64,000 nucleotides of DNA. Origin: a virus (taxonomy: Duplodnaviria > Heunggongvirae > Uroviricota > Caudoviricetes). The position numbers were made by a program, and so were the translations under genes. Positions 20,836-30,095 of the stretch are shown in pieces. Within the stretch, counting starts at the first letter, position 1, and each line of letters opens with the position of its first letter. Location: IMG/VR virus record IMGVR_UViG_2703718819_000007; one strand, given 5' to 3'. The notes under the pieces were generated by a model. That model was not told the DNA's origin and made no database searches. It saw only the letters and a program-made list of their open reading frames with translations.

Positions 20836-21786
20836 TCACTCTCCTTTGATGCGAATGCCAGCAAGCCAGTTTCTTATGCCGATATATTCAGCGTTCCGGA
20901 AACCGCTTTTTACATATATAAATGGCAAGCGAAGATTGTGACCATTGACTGCCAGGTAGTCTTTACAACCCTGTTCGGTGAAACAGCAGGTAACGAATTC
21001 ATCAATATCTTTCACAGCAACGCGCCGCCATTTTTCTGGTGGCTCTCGAAAGTTTTCATGAAGTAGCTCGAGACGACGACTATGGCGTTTATTGGCTTCA
21101 TTGCCATCTTCGTCAACCCAGACAATCCGGTCATGGTCATAATCAGCATCAACAACGATTTCGCGCTTTTGATACACACAAAACATGGGATCTGACGTTA
21201 TTCGATTGTCCTGTGTTCGAATATTTTCACCGATGATGCCAAACGAATCTGGTGCAGATTTTGTCTGCATCTCTTCGATACGTTCAGCCATCGCAGCACA
21301 CTCTTCAAAGTTGCTTAATGCTTTTCGCTCCCATTCGGCGCATTGTTTTTCCAGTTCTGCTATGCGCTTACTTCCATCCGCGATTACTCCCTCGTAATAT
21401 TCACGCTGCTCGTTGAGTTTTGATTTTGCTGTTTCAAGCTCAACGCGCAGCTTCCCTACCGTAAGCGCAATATCCTCGTTCTCCTGGTCGCGGCGTTTGA
21501 TGTATTGCTGGTTTCTTTCCCGTTCATCCAGCAGTGCCAGCACGGTAGCCGGATTGGCTGCGGCGATGAATTCAGCATTGGCCTGCTGTTCCATTTGGAA
21601 ATCTTCATCGAAACCGCTTTCAGGATGTGCTCCTTCAATTCTGCAAATGGGAATATATCCAGCAGCCTCGCGATGAATTAGTGCATCATCACCATCAAAT
21701 CGGTTCTCTCCATATTCGAGCGACCACTCACCACGCGTTGCTTTTTCTGCCTTTTCACGCAGTACCTGATAGTTAATCTCGCTCAT
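20836..21786 (-). CDS. Ea22-like lambdoid prophage protein
   Basis: MSEINYQVLREKAEKATRGEWSLEY N-terminus characteristic of Ea22-family proteins. Confidence 0.6.
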   Translation of the reverse strand: MSEINYQVLREKAEKATRGEWSLEYGENRFDGDDALIHREAAGYIPICRIEGAHPESGFDEDFQMEQQANAEFIAAANPATVLALLDERERNQQYIKRRDQENEDIALTVGKLRVELETAKSKLNEQREYYEGVIADGSKRIAELEKQCAEWERKALSNFEECAAMAERIEEMQTKSAPDSFGIIGENIRTQDNRITSDPMFCVYQKREIVVDADYDHDRIVWVDEDGNEANKRHSRRLELLHENFREPPEKWRRVAVKDIDEFVTCCFTEQGCKDYLAVNGHNLRLPFIYVKSGFRNAEYIGIRNWLAGIRIKGE

Positions 21787-22057
21787 TTTTCTCTTCGCTC
21801 CGGTATACAAGAATTACAACGTCACCTCTGCTAATTACGCGAGCTGGATCTCCTGGCTCCATGCTGTCAATCCCGAAGGCTTCGGAAAACGCATTCATTG
21901 CCTTCTGGCGTTGATCCTGCTTACGGCATTTATTCCATTTTTTCAGTAACAACAGCGATAGCCACCGCCCGGCGCAGAACATAATGTAAAAATAACCAAG
22001 AAGCGCCAGACCTGTGTTGAGGGCCGTATCGATCGTTATAGTGGTGTCTATGCTCAC
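21773..22057 (-). CDS. Small hydrophobic hypothetical protein
   Basis: ORF coupled in operon. Confidence 0.4.
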   Translation of the reverse strand: MSIDTTITIDTALNTGLALLGYFYIMFCAGRWLSLLLLKKWNKCRKQDQRQKAMNAFSEAFGIDSMEPGDPARVISRGDVVILVYRSEEKNERD

Positions 22058-22275
22058 TTCACACCTCTCTGTTTGTTGATAAGTTCAATATCCTGCTGGC
22101 AACTGGCGCAAGTTCGGCATCCGCGAACAGCCTGGCGTCGCCGCTCATCTATCGGATCGCCACACTCGCAACAATGAGTAGCAGATGGGGCATTACTTTC
22201 GGATTTGTATTTTTGCAGGGAGAGATTGCGCTGCAATTCTTCGATTTCAGCGGCATTGTCGATGATATCTGCCAT
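22054..22275 (-). CDS. TraR/DksA-family C4 zinc-finger protein
   Basis: CCECGDPIDERRRQAVRGCRTCASC motif. Confidence 0.65.
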   Translation of the reverse strand: MADIIDNAAEIEELQRNLSLQKYKSESNAPSATHCCECGDPIDERRRQAVRGCRTCASCQQDIELINKQRGVK

Positions 22276-22322
22276 TTTCCTTTCCTTCAGGCATGAAAAA
22301 AGGAGCCGAAGCTCCTTTGGTA

Positions 22323-22946
22323 TCAGAATTCAAATTGTCTTGCTCTTAGTTGCGCTAGCATACTTCTGGCCCTATGCACCATATAGTTGGCGGGATCAAG
22401 TTTTGCTGCTTCGCGGAGCAATGTGTCGCGAGTCCGGTTGGTTATATGACGAGTCTCGTAGGCCAGATCAAACAGTTTCCCGTAGTAATCAGAATTCAGT
22501 TCTCTCATGACGGGGTATAGCTGCTTACTGAGTTGTTGTGCTTTTTCCATCCAGAGTTGAACGTAGCAGAGCAGGATGATGTCTTCTGCTGTGAATTGCT
22601 GCTCAGTTTGTACTGGCTGAATGTTGCGAAGTTTCTTTTCGCACTCGATGAAGTATCGGCGTATCTGGCGGCCTTTTTCGTTACGTTCAACCATCGCAAG
22701 CTCTTTGGCTGTGTCGAGGGTGAGGTGGTAATCCTTGCGGCGGCGGCCTGGAGTTTTCGCCAAATTTGGCGAAAATAGAATGTAGTCTAAATTTTCTACG
22801 AATCCATACTCGTTTAGCTTGGCCCGTATCCAGTTAGAAAAATCTTTACCTACCTCTAAAAATCCATGCAAATCACGCGCGTTCACCAGAAGCGTAGGTT
22901 CATTTGAGATTGTACCTTCAAACACAGGGATGAGTTGAGTGGTCAT
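22323..22946 (-). CDS. Phage antirepressor (AntA-like N-terminal domain plus C-terminal domain)
   Basis: MTTQLIPVF...ARDLHGFLEV...NLDYILFS...RKDYHLTLDTAKELAMVE; AGGAGG RBS. Confidence 0.7.
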   Translation of the reverse strand: MTTQLIPVFEGTISNEPTLLVNARDLHGFLEVGKDFSNWIRAKLNEYGFVENLDYILFSPNLAKTPGRRRKDYHLTLDTAKELAMVERNEKGRQIRRYFIECEKKLRNIQPVQTEQQFTAEDIILLCYVQLWMEKAQQLSKQLYPVMRELNSDYYGKLFDLAYETRHITNRTRDTLLREAAKLDPANYMVHRARSMLAQLRARQFEF

Positions 22947-23195
22947 GATGACCTCCTTTGGCTTTTTTCGAGAAATGCCACCACAAAATGTGGTGCCGGG
23001 AGGCTCGAAACGGCCCAAAAGATACCGCGGACTTATTCCCCTTGCGGGTGTTGTATTCGTCGCCCTCCCGACATTGATCGGGGATGTGACCGCACACTGT
23101 GCTATCACTGAATAACAGGCATAAAAAATCCAACACTGACGGGGTTGGTTTAATCCGCTTTTGGGAGGTTTTCGAGGCCTCGGCGCGGAGTATAG

Positions 23196-23483
23196 TCAGT
23201 ATTGGACGCAGTCGTCAACCATCGCCGTTTCTTTGGCTGTGTCGAGGGTGAGGTGGTAATCCTTGCGGTTGTGACCGCCTCTACCAGATGTTTGCTTTCC
23301 CAAATTGGAAAGCAAAATATAGTCTTGATTTTCAATGAATTCGTATTCTGAAATGCGATTTGTAATCCATGCCGCAAACACCTTTTTCACGCCTAAAAAA
23401 GCATGCAGATCGCGGGCATTGCAGAGTAGGGCTGTTTCGTTGTCGATAGTGCCGTTGAATACGGGGATGAGTTGATTAGCCAT
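23196..23483 (-). CDS. Truncated paralog of the antirepressor N-terminal domain
   Basis: MANQLIPVFNG...ARDLHAFLGV...QDYILLS...RKDYHLTLDTAKETAMVDD; ~60-bp nucleotide near-identity with 22690-22750. Confidence 0.55.
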   Translation of the reverse strand: MANQLIPVFNGTIDNETALLCNARDLHAFLGVKKVFAAWITNRISEYEFIENQDYILLSNLGKQTSGRGGHNRKDYHLTLDTAKETAMVDDCVQY

Positions 23484-23810
23484 AATTATGACTCCTGACG
23501 TTTTAGTATTGACTGCCACCTTAGTGGGGTGGCGGGCTTCAACTACCGCGTCAGACGGCGGAGCGTATTTCCCGAAAGGGTATTGTATTAGGCTCTCTCG
23601 ACCCGCCATTGATATGGCGATACCTGTAAACAGGCATAAAAAAGCCGCAAAGCTATCGGGTGCGGTTGACCGCTGACGTTGTAGTGCAGTCAGTATGCGA
23701 TAGCTCTGGCAGATTTGTCAAATCGTGCAGTAACATCCTTTTCTTCCTTGCCATTTCTCAATGATGACAAAGGGTGGATTCGGATTGGTATTGGGACAAA
23801 AGTGAGACAC

Positions 23811-23844
23811 ACAAAGCTTTGCATCGGCTTACAAAGCTTTGCAT
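23811..23844. repeat. Two direct copies of acaaagctttgcat 20 bp apart next to the prophage/ynfG junction; candidate integrase arm-type sites
   Basis: Exact 14-bp repeat at 23811-23824 and 23831-23844; related ctttgca occurs at the junction. Confidence 0.5.
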
Positions 23845-23924
23845 GTTTTTCAATGTTGGGACGTGTGAGCGCAGAAATGACGGGCTATCTAATTGATTTT
23901 AAACGATACGTAACCAACTTTAAA

Positions 23925-24002
23925 ATCTTTGCACGCCAGTTCGCAGGTTTTACAGCCAGTACAGCGGCTGGAATCGATAAAAAATCCATATTGTGTGGTC
24001 AT
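23925..24002 (-). pseudogene. ynfG: ynfG 5' fragment (Fe-S subunit of DMSO-reductase-family enzyme), truncated by prophage insertion
   Basis: MTTQYGFFIDSSRCTGCKTCELACKD then divergence into phage sequence. Confidence 0.7.
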
Positions 24003-24012
24003 GGGCTACTCC

Positions 24013-26439
24013 TTAAACCTTTTCGATCTGGACAAGATTGCTGTGCGACGGGTTTCCCTTTGCCAGCGGTGAAGGGCGGTGAGAGGTCAGAATATTGATA
24101 CTGCCGCCGTGATCGACCCGGTCACCAAACATATCCGCTTTAAGCCACGCACCTTGCCCGATGGCGGTAACGCCAGGCAGAATACGCGGAGTCACTTTTG
24201 CGGCAATCAGCATTTCTCCATTATTGTTAAATACCCGCACGGTATCGCCATGACGGATACCGCGTGCCTGAGCATCAATGGGGTTGATCCACACCTCTTG
24301 TGGGCAGGCCTGCTGTAACACATCAATATTGCCGTAGCTGGAGTGGGTACGCGCTTTGTAGTGGAAGCCCGTTAACTGCAGTGGATAGGTTTTCCGCAGG
24401 GGATCGTCCCAGCCATCAAAACCTGGGGTATACGCAGGAAGGGGATGAATAATTTCATCTTTTTTCAATTCCCAGGTATCTGCAATCTTCGCCAGTCGTT
24501 CAGAATAAATTTCGATTTTCCCCGAAGGTGTTTTCAACGGGTTTGCCTGTGGATCTTCACGGAATGCGCGGAAAGCGACGTAGTGTTCTTCCGGGCATTT
24601 TTTCTTAAAGATCCCGGTCGTTTTCATCTCCTCGTAGTCGGGCATCTCAGGGTTACGTTCCTTCGTTTTCGCATGGAGATATTTGATCCATTCATGCTGA
24701 CTGCGACCTTCAGTAAAGGTTTGATAAACGTCTGGTCCTAAGCGTTTGGCGACTTCACTCAGCATCCAGTAGATGGGTTTGCGTTCAAATTTTGCTGAGG
24801 TTGCGGGTTGGGCGAGGATCACATAGCCCATATTCCCTGCAGATTCATGAGAGATAAGGTCTTCTTGCTCTGTTGGCATCAGGTCGGGCAACAGGATATC
24901 GCAATACTTAGCCGAGGCCGTCATGAAGTGGTCAATGCCAACAATCATCTCGCACTTGCTGTCATCCTGAAGCACCTCATGGGTGTGATTGATGTCGCCA
25001 TGTTGATTGATCAATGTGTTACTGGCGTAGCACCATAAAAACTTGATGGGGACATCCAGTTTTTCTTTTCCACGAACACCATCACGGGTCGCGGTCATTT
25101 CCGTACCATGGTCGATGGCATCTGTCCATGTAAAGACGGAAATCTGCGTTTTAACAGGATTCTCAAGCATCGGGAACCATTCTACCCCCAGATCCCAGCT
25201 ACCTTCGCGTACACCTGAGTTGCCGCCGTTTATGCCGACGTTACCGGTGAGAACGGAAAGCATGGCAATAGCGCGGGACGTTTGCTCGCCGTTGGAATGT
25301 CGTTGTGGCCCCCAACCCTGACAAATATAAGCAGGTTTTGCTGAACCGATCTCTCGTGCCAACTGGATAATTTTTTCTGCCGGGATGCTGGTGATTTTTG
25401 CTGCCCATTCCGGCGTTTTAGCTATGCCGTCAGGCCCTTCGCCCAGAATATAGGCTTTATAATGCGCGTTACGTGGTGCGTTGGCGGGCAGCGTTTTTTC
25501 ATCGTAACCAACACAATATTTGTCGAGAAATGGCTGATCGACCATGTTTTCAGTAATCAGTACCCAGGCAATCGCACAGGCCAGTGCGCCATCGGTGCCA
25601 GGGCGAATGGGCAGCCATTCATCTTCACGCCCGGCAGCAGTGTCGTTATAACGTGGATCGATGACGATCATGCGTGCGTTTGAACGTTCGCGGGCTTGCT
25701 CGACGTAGTAAGTGACACCACCGCCGCTCATCCGCGTTTCTGCCGGGTTATTTCCGAACATAACGACCAGTTTCGTATTGGCGATATCATCCGGGCTGTT
25801 GCCATCATTGGCACCGAACATATAACTCATTGCGGCACTGATCTGTGCGGTACTGTAGCTGCCATAGCGACTGAGAAAACCACCGCAAGAGTTCATCAGA
25901 CGGTACGGGACGTTTGAGTTGGTGATGTTTCCGCCATCTACGCCTGTTCCGTACAGGACATGTACAGCCTCATTGCCGTAATCTTTCAGGATCCGCCGAA
26001 GATTATCACTGATGGTATCCAGGGCTTCGTCCCAACTTATCCGTTCAAATTTACCTTCACCGCGCTTGCCGACGCGCTTCATGGGATATTTCAACCTATC
26101 AGGATGATTCATCCGTCGGCGGATAGAGCGCCCGCGTAAACACGCTCGAACCTGATGGTTACCGTAGACGTCGTCACCTGTCGTATCAGACTCCACCCAG
26201 TACACGGTGTCATCTTTCACATGCAAACGTAACAGACAGCGGCTCCCGCAGTTAACGGTGCAGGAACTCCAGACCGCTTTCTCTTCTACCGGAGCCTCTG
26301 CCGCCCGGACCATTTGGGAAAATGGCAGAGTGAAAGCACTGCTTGCCAGCGCAAGACTGCCAAGTGCGGAGGTTTTCATCAGACTTCTACGGCTGATTTC
26401 AGCCTTCATGAGCGCCTCTGTGGTATGGATTTTCATCAT
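24013..26439 (-). CDS. ynfF: DMSO-reductase-family molybdopterin oxidoreductase catalytic subunit YnfF (Tat signal)
   Basis: RRSLMKTSALGSLALA twin-arginine signal, CxxCxxxC Fe-S motif, 808 aa. Confidence 0.85.
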   Translation of the reverse strand: MMKIHTTEALMKAEISRRSLMKTSALGSLALASSAFTLPFSQMVRAAEAPVEEKAVWSSCTVNCGSRCLLRLHVKDDTVYWVESDTTGDDVYGNHQVRACLRGRSIRRRMNHPDRLKYPMKRVGKRGEGKFERISWDEALDTISDNLRRILKDYGNEAVHVLYGTGVDGGNITNSNVPYRLMNSCGGFLSRYGSYSTAQISAAMSYMFGANDGNSPDDIANTKLVVMFGNNPAETRMSGGGVTYYVEQARERSNARMIVIDPRYNDTAAGREDEWLPIRPGTDGALACAIAWVLITENMVDQPFLDKYCVGYDEKTLPANAPRNAHYKAYILGEGPDGIAKTPEWAAKITSIPAEKIIQLAREIGSAKPAYICQGWGPQRHSNGEQTSRAIAMLSVLTGNVGINGGNSGVREGSWDLGVEWFPMLENPVKTQISVFTWTDAIDHGTEMTATRDGVRGKEKLDVPIKFLWCYASNTLINQHGDINHTHEVLQDDSKCEMIVGIDHFMTASAKYCDILLPDLMPTEQEDLISHESAGNMGYVILAQPATSAKFERKPIYWMLSEVAKRLGPDVYQTFTEGRSQHEWIKYLHAKTKERNPEMPDYEEMKTTGIFKKKCPEEHYVAFRAFREDPQANPLKTPSGKIEIYSERLAKIADTWELKKDEIIHPLPAYTPGFDGWDDPLRKTYPLQLTGFHYKARTHSSYGNIDVLQQACPQEVWINPIDAQARGIRHGDTVRVFNNNGEMLIAAKVTPRILPGVTAIGQGAWLKADMFGDRVDHGGSINILTSHRPSPLAKGNPSHSNLVQIEKV

Positions 26440-26496
26440 TACTCACTTATTGCTTTTCAAACAAAATGTCATGCCAGAATTTATGATTGTCGTGGG

Positions 26497-27523
26497 TTAT
26501 ATTTTTTCGATCTCGACCAGATTAGTGTGCTGCGGGTTTCCCTTCGCCAGTGGTGAAGGGCGCAGAGTGGTTAGCGTATTCACACAGCCGCCATGGTCGA
26601 TTTTATCGCCAGACATATTGGCCTCGTGCCAGGCTCCCTGGCCCATAGCGCTAACTCCAGGGAGAATACGTGGTGTTACTTTGGCTGGTAGCCGAACTTC
26701 GCCACGATGGTTAAACACCCGCACCATATCGCCGTTGGCAATCCCACGTTTCTGCGCATCTATAGGGTTGATCCACACCTCCTGACGGCAGGCAGCCTTC
26801 AGGAGATCAATATTGCCGTAGGTCGAGTGAGTACGGGATTTGTAATGGAAACCAAACAGTTGCAGTGGGAAGGTTCTACGTTCAGGGGAGTCCCAGCCTT
26901 CAAAGGTAGAGGCATAAACTGGCAGTGGGCTTATCACTTCATCTTTTTCCAGTTCCCAGGTACGGGCAATTTCCGCCAGCTTGCTGGAATAAATTTCAAT
27001 CTTACCGGAAGGTGTTTTAAGTGGATTTGCCTCGGGGTCGTCACGAAATGCTTTGTAGGCGACAAAATGACCATTGGGATCTTTACGCTTATAGATACCC
27101 ATTTTTTTCAGTTCGTCGTAAGACGGTAACGCCGGATCTTTGGCAAGCATTTTGGCGTACAGATGTTGTAACCATTGTTCCTGCGTGCGACCTTCAGTGA
27201 ACTTTTGATAGACGTCAGGTCCAAGACGTTTCGCGACTTCACTCAGGATCCAGTAAATCGGTTTGCGTTCGAATTTTTCGCTGGTGACAGGCTGGAGGAA
27301 AATGAGATATCCCATGTTACCGGCGTAGTCGTTAGGAATAATATCTTCCTGCTCAACGGTCATCAGGTCTGGCAGCAGAATGTCGGCATATTTTGCCGAT
27401 GAGGTCATAAAGTTTTCGATGACCACAATCATTTCGCATTTCGATTCGTCCTGCAGAATTTCATGCGTTTTGTTGATGTCAGAATGCTGATTAACGAGGG
27501 TATTTCCCGCGTAGTTCCAGATG
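26497..27523 (-). pseudogene. ynfE: ynfE 3' (C-terminal) fragment, separated from its 5' part by the 6.7 kb insertion
   Basis: Translation ...ESIWNYAGNTLVNQHSDINKTHEILQDESKCEM... to ...VEIEKI paralogous to the YnfF C-terminus; upstream part of the ORF reads into element DNA. Confidence 0.8.
27513..27523. repeat. Left copy of 11-bp direct repeat agttccagatg (target duplication or att core)
   Basis: Identical 11-mer at 34224-34234; joining the flanks restores an in-frame ynfE (KFIWNYAGN). Confidence 0.75.
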
Positions 27524-27588
27524 GACTCCACTGTCAGACGGATGGACGGACTTGAAGTAGTTGACTCAACGCTACTTAAGGTCCTGAT

Positions 27589-29211
27589 ATGACTGACATT
27601 AACCATGACAATACTGTATATCCATCCAGTTCTTTCTCTGGGTCTCCCTATCTGTATCAGCAAGTCTACACCTCAAGTCCTGACACAAGGCTGACACAAA
27701 TCAACCTACTCGGCGTGGCTTGCTCGCTACTTGCTAAGCCTCAGTTAGTCCGTAGAGCCAATGGTCGATATACTATCCGCTTCAGACTCAAGGGACAGAC
27801 CATCCCGTTTCTTTCAGTATCGACCCGAAGCACAGACAGGAGAGTAGCCACAATGCGTCAGAGAGAGCTTGCAGCCACAGCTAAGTCCTTCATGTTGGAT
27901 AGGCCTGATGTCTCGCTACAGGAGCTTACAGAGCACCTCCGGTCTATGGCTGAGCAGTTCCTGACAGACGCTAGTGACGATTACTGGAATGGACTTGAGG
28001 TCGCTACTTTGGTGGACGAGAAGTCCAACCTGAAGGAGCTAGCCGCTACGCAAGCCTTAAGTCTGGACCAGCAGAAGGGCATAAGGTTAGCGCTTGAAGT
28101 CCTGACCGCAGCACAGCAGAGGGTAGACACTGGTGATACCTCTGGTCTGATTAAGCTGATTGATGATAATAACCATACTGATTACTCAACTATAGGCGAC
28201 TCTACGTCAATTCTGAAGAATGAGCAGGGGGATAGACCAGCAGTTTTCACACAGGAGCCCCAACCTGAGGTCACTATCGCTGACCAACCAGCTATCTGTA
28301 GTTTTTCTGAGCTAGTGTCCTCGCTGCTGGCTGAGAAGGTCCAGACCCTGAAGTCATCCAGCTACAAGGACCTGTCGTCCTCACTGAATACCGTCTCTCG
28401 GTTCTTACCTGAAGACATGGACCTGATGTCCCGCTCTGAGTGGCTGGCTGTCAGGGACGCTATGCTGGCTTCTGAGGTGAGACCGTCGACGATTAACAAG
28501 CTGCTGACTAAGGCGAAGATGTGTCTTGACTACGGTCTGATGAATGGGCAACTTGAGGGCCGCAACCCTATTGAACGGATGAAGCTGACCAAGGATATCG
28601 ACTCCAAGCGCAGAGCGTTCACAGACGAGGAGCTGGAGAGACTTCTGGTCCGTGTTGAGGCTGAGTATCAGTTCACACGACACACGGCTCACACGACCTC
28701 TGAGGCCCGTAGATGGGCGTCTCTGGTGTCTGTAGTTACTGGCGCTCGGTCTGCTGAGGTCTGCCACCTGACTAAACGTGACATTGTAACCTTAGACAAT
28801 GGACTGGTCTGTATCGACATCAACGAAGATGGGGACGGTAAGTCTGTGAAGAACAAGCATTCAGTCCGACTTGTGCCGTTGACCGATGGGGCCTGTGGTC
28901 TTGACCTGAAGTCCTTCCTCGAATGGGTAGACATGCAGCCTGACGAGGGTCCTCTCTTCGGGATGACTCCAAGCGCATACTCTAGCTGGTTTAACTCTAG
29001 GGTCCTGACTGAGGCCCTAGGAGACTCTCAGGATGTCTCTCTCCACAGTCTGAGGCATTGGCTGGCGACCCGCATGAAAGAGCGTGGAGTCAATCTGGTG
29101 GATGCTCAGGGCATCTTAGGCCATAGCAGTCAGTCCATTACGTATGACCTGTACGGGAAAGGACATGCAGTCCAGAGACTGGCTGAGGTGCTGAAGACAG
29201 CTTTACTTTAA
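27589..29211 (+). CDS. Tyrosine recombinase/phage integrase (start uncertain: ATG 27589, GTG 27715 or ATG 27853)
   Basis: C-terminal HSLRHWLAT...GHSSQSITYDLYG catalytic motifs (H-x-x-R, Y); N-terminal RYTIRFRLKGQ arm-binding-like motif. Confidence 0.85.
   Translation: MTDINHDNTVYPSSSFSGSPYLYQQVYTSSPDTRLTQINLLGVACSLLAKPQLVRRANGRYTIRFRLKGQTIPFLSVSTRSTDRRVATMRQRELAATAKSFMLDRPDVSLQELTEHLRSMAEQFLTDASDDYWNGLEVATLVDEKSNLKELAATQALSLDQQKGIRLALEVLTAAQQRVDTGDTSGLIKLIDDNNHTDYSTIGDSTSILKNEQGDRPAVFTQEPQPEVTIADQPAICSFSELVSSLLAEKVQTLKSSSYKDLSSSLNTVSRFLPEDMDLMSRSEWLAVRDAMLASEVRPSTINKLLTKAKMCLDYGLMNGQLEGRNPIERMKLTKDIDSKRRAFTDEELERLLVRVEAEYQFTRHTAHTTSEARRWASLVSVVTGARSAEVCHLTKRDIVTLDNGLVCIDINEDGDGKSVKNKHSVRLVPLTDGACGLDLKSFLEWVDMQPDEGPLFGMTPSAYSSWFNSRVLTEALGDSQDVSLHSLRHWLATRMKERGVNLVDAQGILGHSSQSITYDLYGKGHAVQRLAEVLKTALL
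27681..27700. repeat. Left arm-type repeats tgacacaagg-c-tgacacaaa
   Basis: Same 20-mer recurs at the right end (34136-34155) in direct orientation. Confidence 0.6.
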
Positions 29212-29218
29212 GTAGGAA

Positions 29219-29270
29219 GACCCAAGGTGGAGACCATATACGGCTTGATGGTTGAGACCTTGGGTCACTG
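29219..29270 (+). terminator. Long-stem hairpin after integrase stop; possible terminator or processing site
   Basis: gacccaagg ... ccttgggtc 9-bp inverted repeat. Confidence 0.35.
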
Positions 29271-29399
29271 AAGTCTGACTGAAGTTAGGGAGGGTGATAA
29301 TAATCATAATCCCTCCTGACTATAGGCCCACTGGTTCGCCTTCGGCTGTCCGACTCTAAGTCTGTCTGTGGTCTTATTTAAACTGCGTCCTAAACTCCA

Positions 29400-29650
29400 G
29401 TCCCTCCAAATTCCTATGGTCTCCTCTTGACATTCCTGTTTAACTGTGAGTCGCCTCTGGTCTCTCTTTATATATACTTCCTTAATTCCTGAGGCGTCTT
29501 TAGTCCTTGACATTCTGTCCAACCTGTGAGTCACATCCGGTCCTCCCTCTTTATATTTACTTCCTTAATTCCTAGGGTCGCCTTAATCCTTGACATCCAG
29601 TCCAGCCTGTGAGTCACATCCTGTCGCGCTACTGTATGCATCACCAGTGG
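29400..29650. repeat. Three tandem ~80-83 bp repeat units each containing TTGACAT and palindrome TGTGAGTCACA; candidate operator or iteron array
   Basis: TTGACA at 29427, 29507, 29590; cttccttaattcct and ctgtgagtcac recur with the same period. Confidence 0.65.
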
Positions 29651-29652
29651 TG

Positions 29653-29675
29653 GACTTGATTATCACTATAGGGGA
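29653..29675 (+). promoter_or_regulatory. T7-type single-subunit phage-RNAP promoter motif (tatcactatagggga)
   Basis: 12/12 match to T7 core TCACTATAGGGA (-8 to +4); 36 nt upstream of an RBS-preceded ORF. Confidence 0.6.
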
Positions 29676-29705
29676 ACCAACTAATTCAACGACAGGAGAT
29701 ACTCT

Positions 29706-30074
29706 ATGGCACGACCAATCGCAACTCACGACAACACGTTCACCAAAGCCTACTTGCAGCAGCACTGCGGGGACCTGCTGTCATTCGATGGTCAGGGTGA
29801 CTTGAGTGGCTGGCTGGATGATGTCCTTACTGGTGCTGGTCGCCTGAGCGAATCAATGGCAAGCAATACCAAGCCTGTCAGCCCATACTTGATTCTGACC
29901 CAACTACTAACGCACGACACATTAACTGTAAGCGCTGTGCAGGAGTCCCTGAGCCGTAAGCGTGTTGCCTTGGGTGAACCTATGGTTTCAACTCGCTACG
30001 CTCGCTACGTCTATTCTACGGTGGTCAGCGCCAGTAAATCCGTCAAGTACCACGCCAGTAAAGCTGGTTCATGA
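29706..30074 (+). CDS. Hypothetical protein (122 aa), first gene downstream of a T7-type promoter
   Basis: AGGAGA RBS 6 nt upstream of ATG. Confidence 0.6.
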   Translation: MARPIATHDNTFTKAYLQQHCGDLLSFDGQGDLSGWLDDVLTGAGRLSESMASNTKPVSPYLILTQLLTHDTLTVSAVQESLSRKRVALGEPMVSTRYARYVYSTVVSASKSVKYHASKAGS

Positions 30075-30095
30075 TAAAGGACCCTAAACTATCAC
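30073..30095 (+). promoter_or_regulatory. Second T7-type promoter motif (tatcactatagggaaga)
   Basis: Shares exact 13-mer tatcactataggg with 29660-29672. Confidence 0.6.

Noticed and set aside
23715-24098. Plus-strand ORF over the prophage/ynfG junction
   Set aside because: Antisense to the ynfG N-terminal fragment and the ynfF stop region; composite of phage and host DNA
26207-26785. Plus-strand ORF spanning the ynfF start and the ynfE 3' end
   Set aside because: Antisense to two well-supported minus-strand genes and crosses an intergenic gap; no RBS
29311-29329. Third T7-type promoter (cctcctgactataggccca)
   Set aside because: Lacks the CAC of the conserved CACTATA core; too weak a match to call
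29400-29650. Possible CRISPR array
   Set aside because: The repeat period is ~80 bp with the whole unit repeated (no unique spacers), there are only three units and no cas genes; more consistent with operator or iteron repeats
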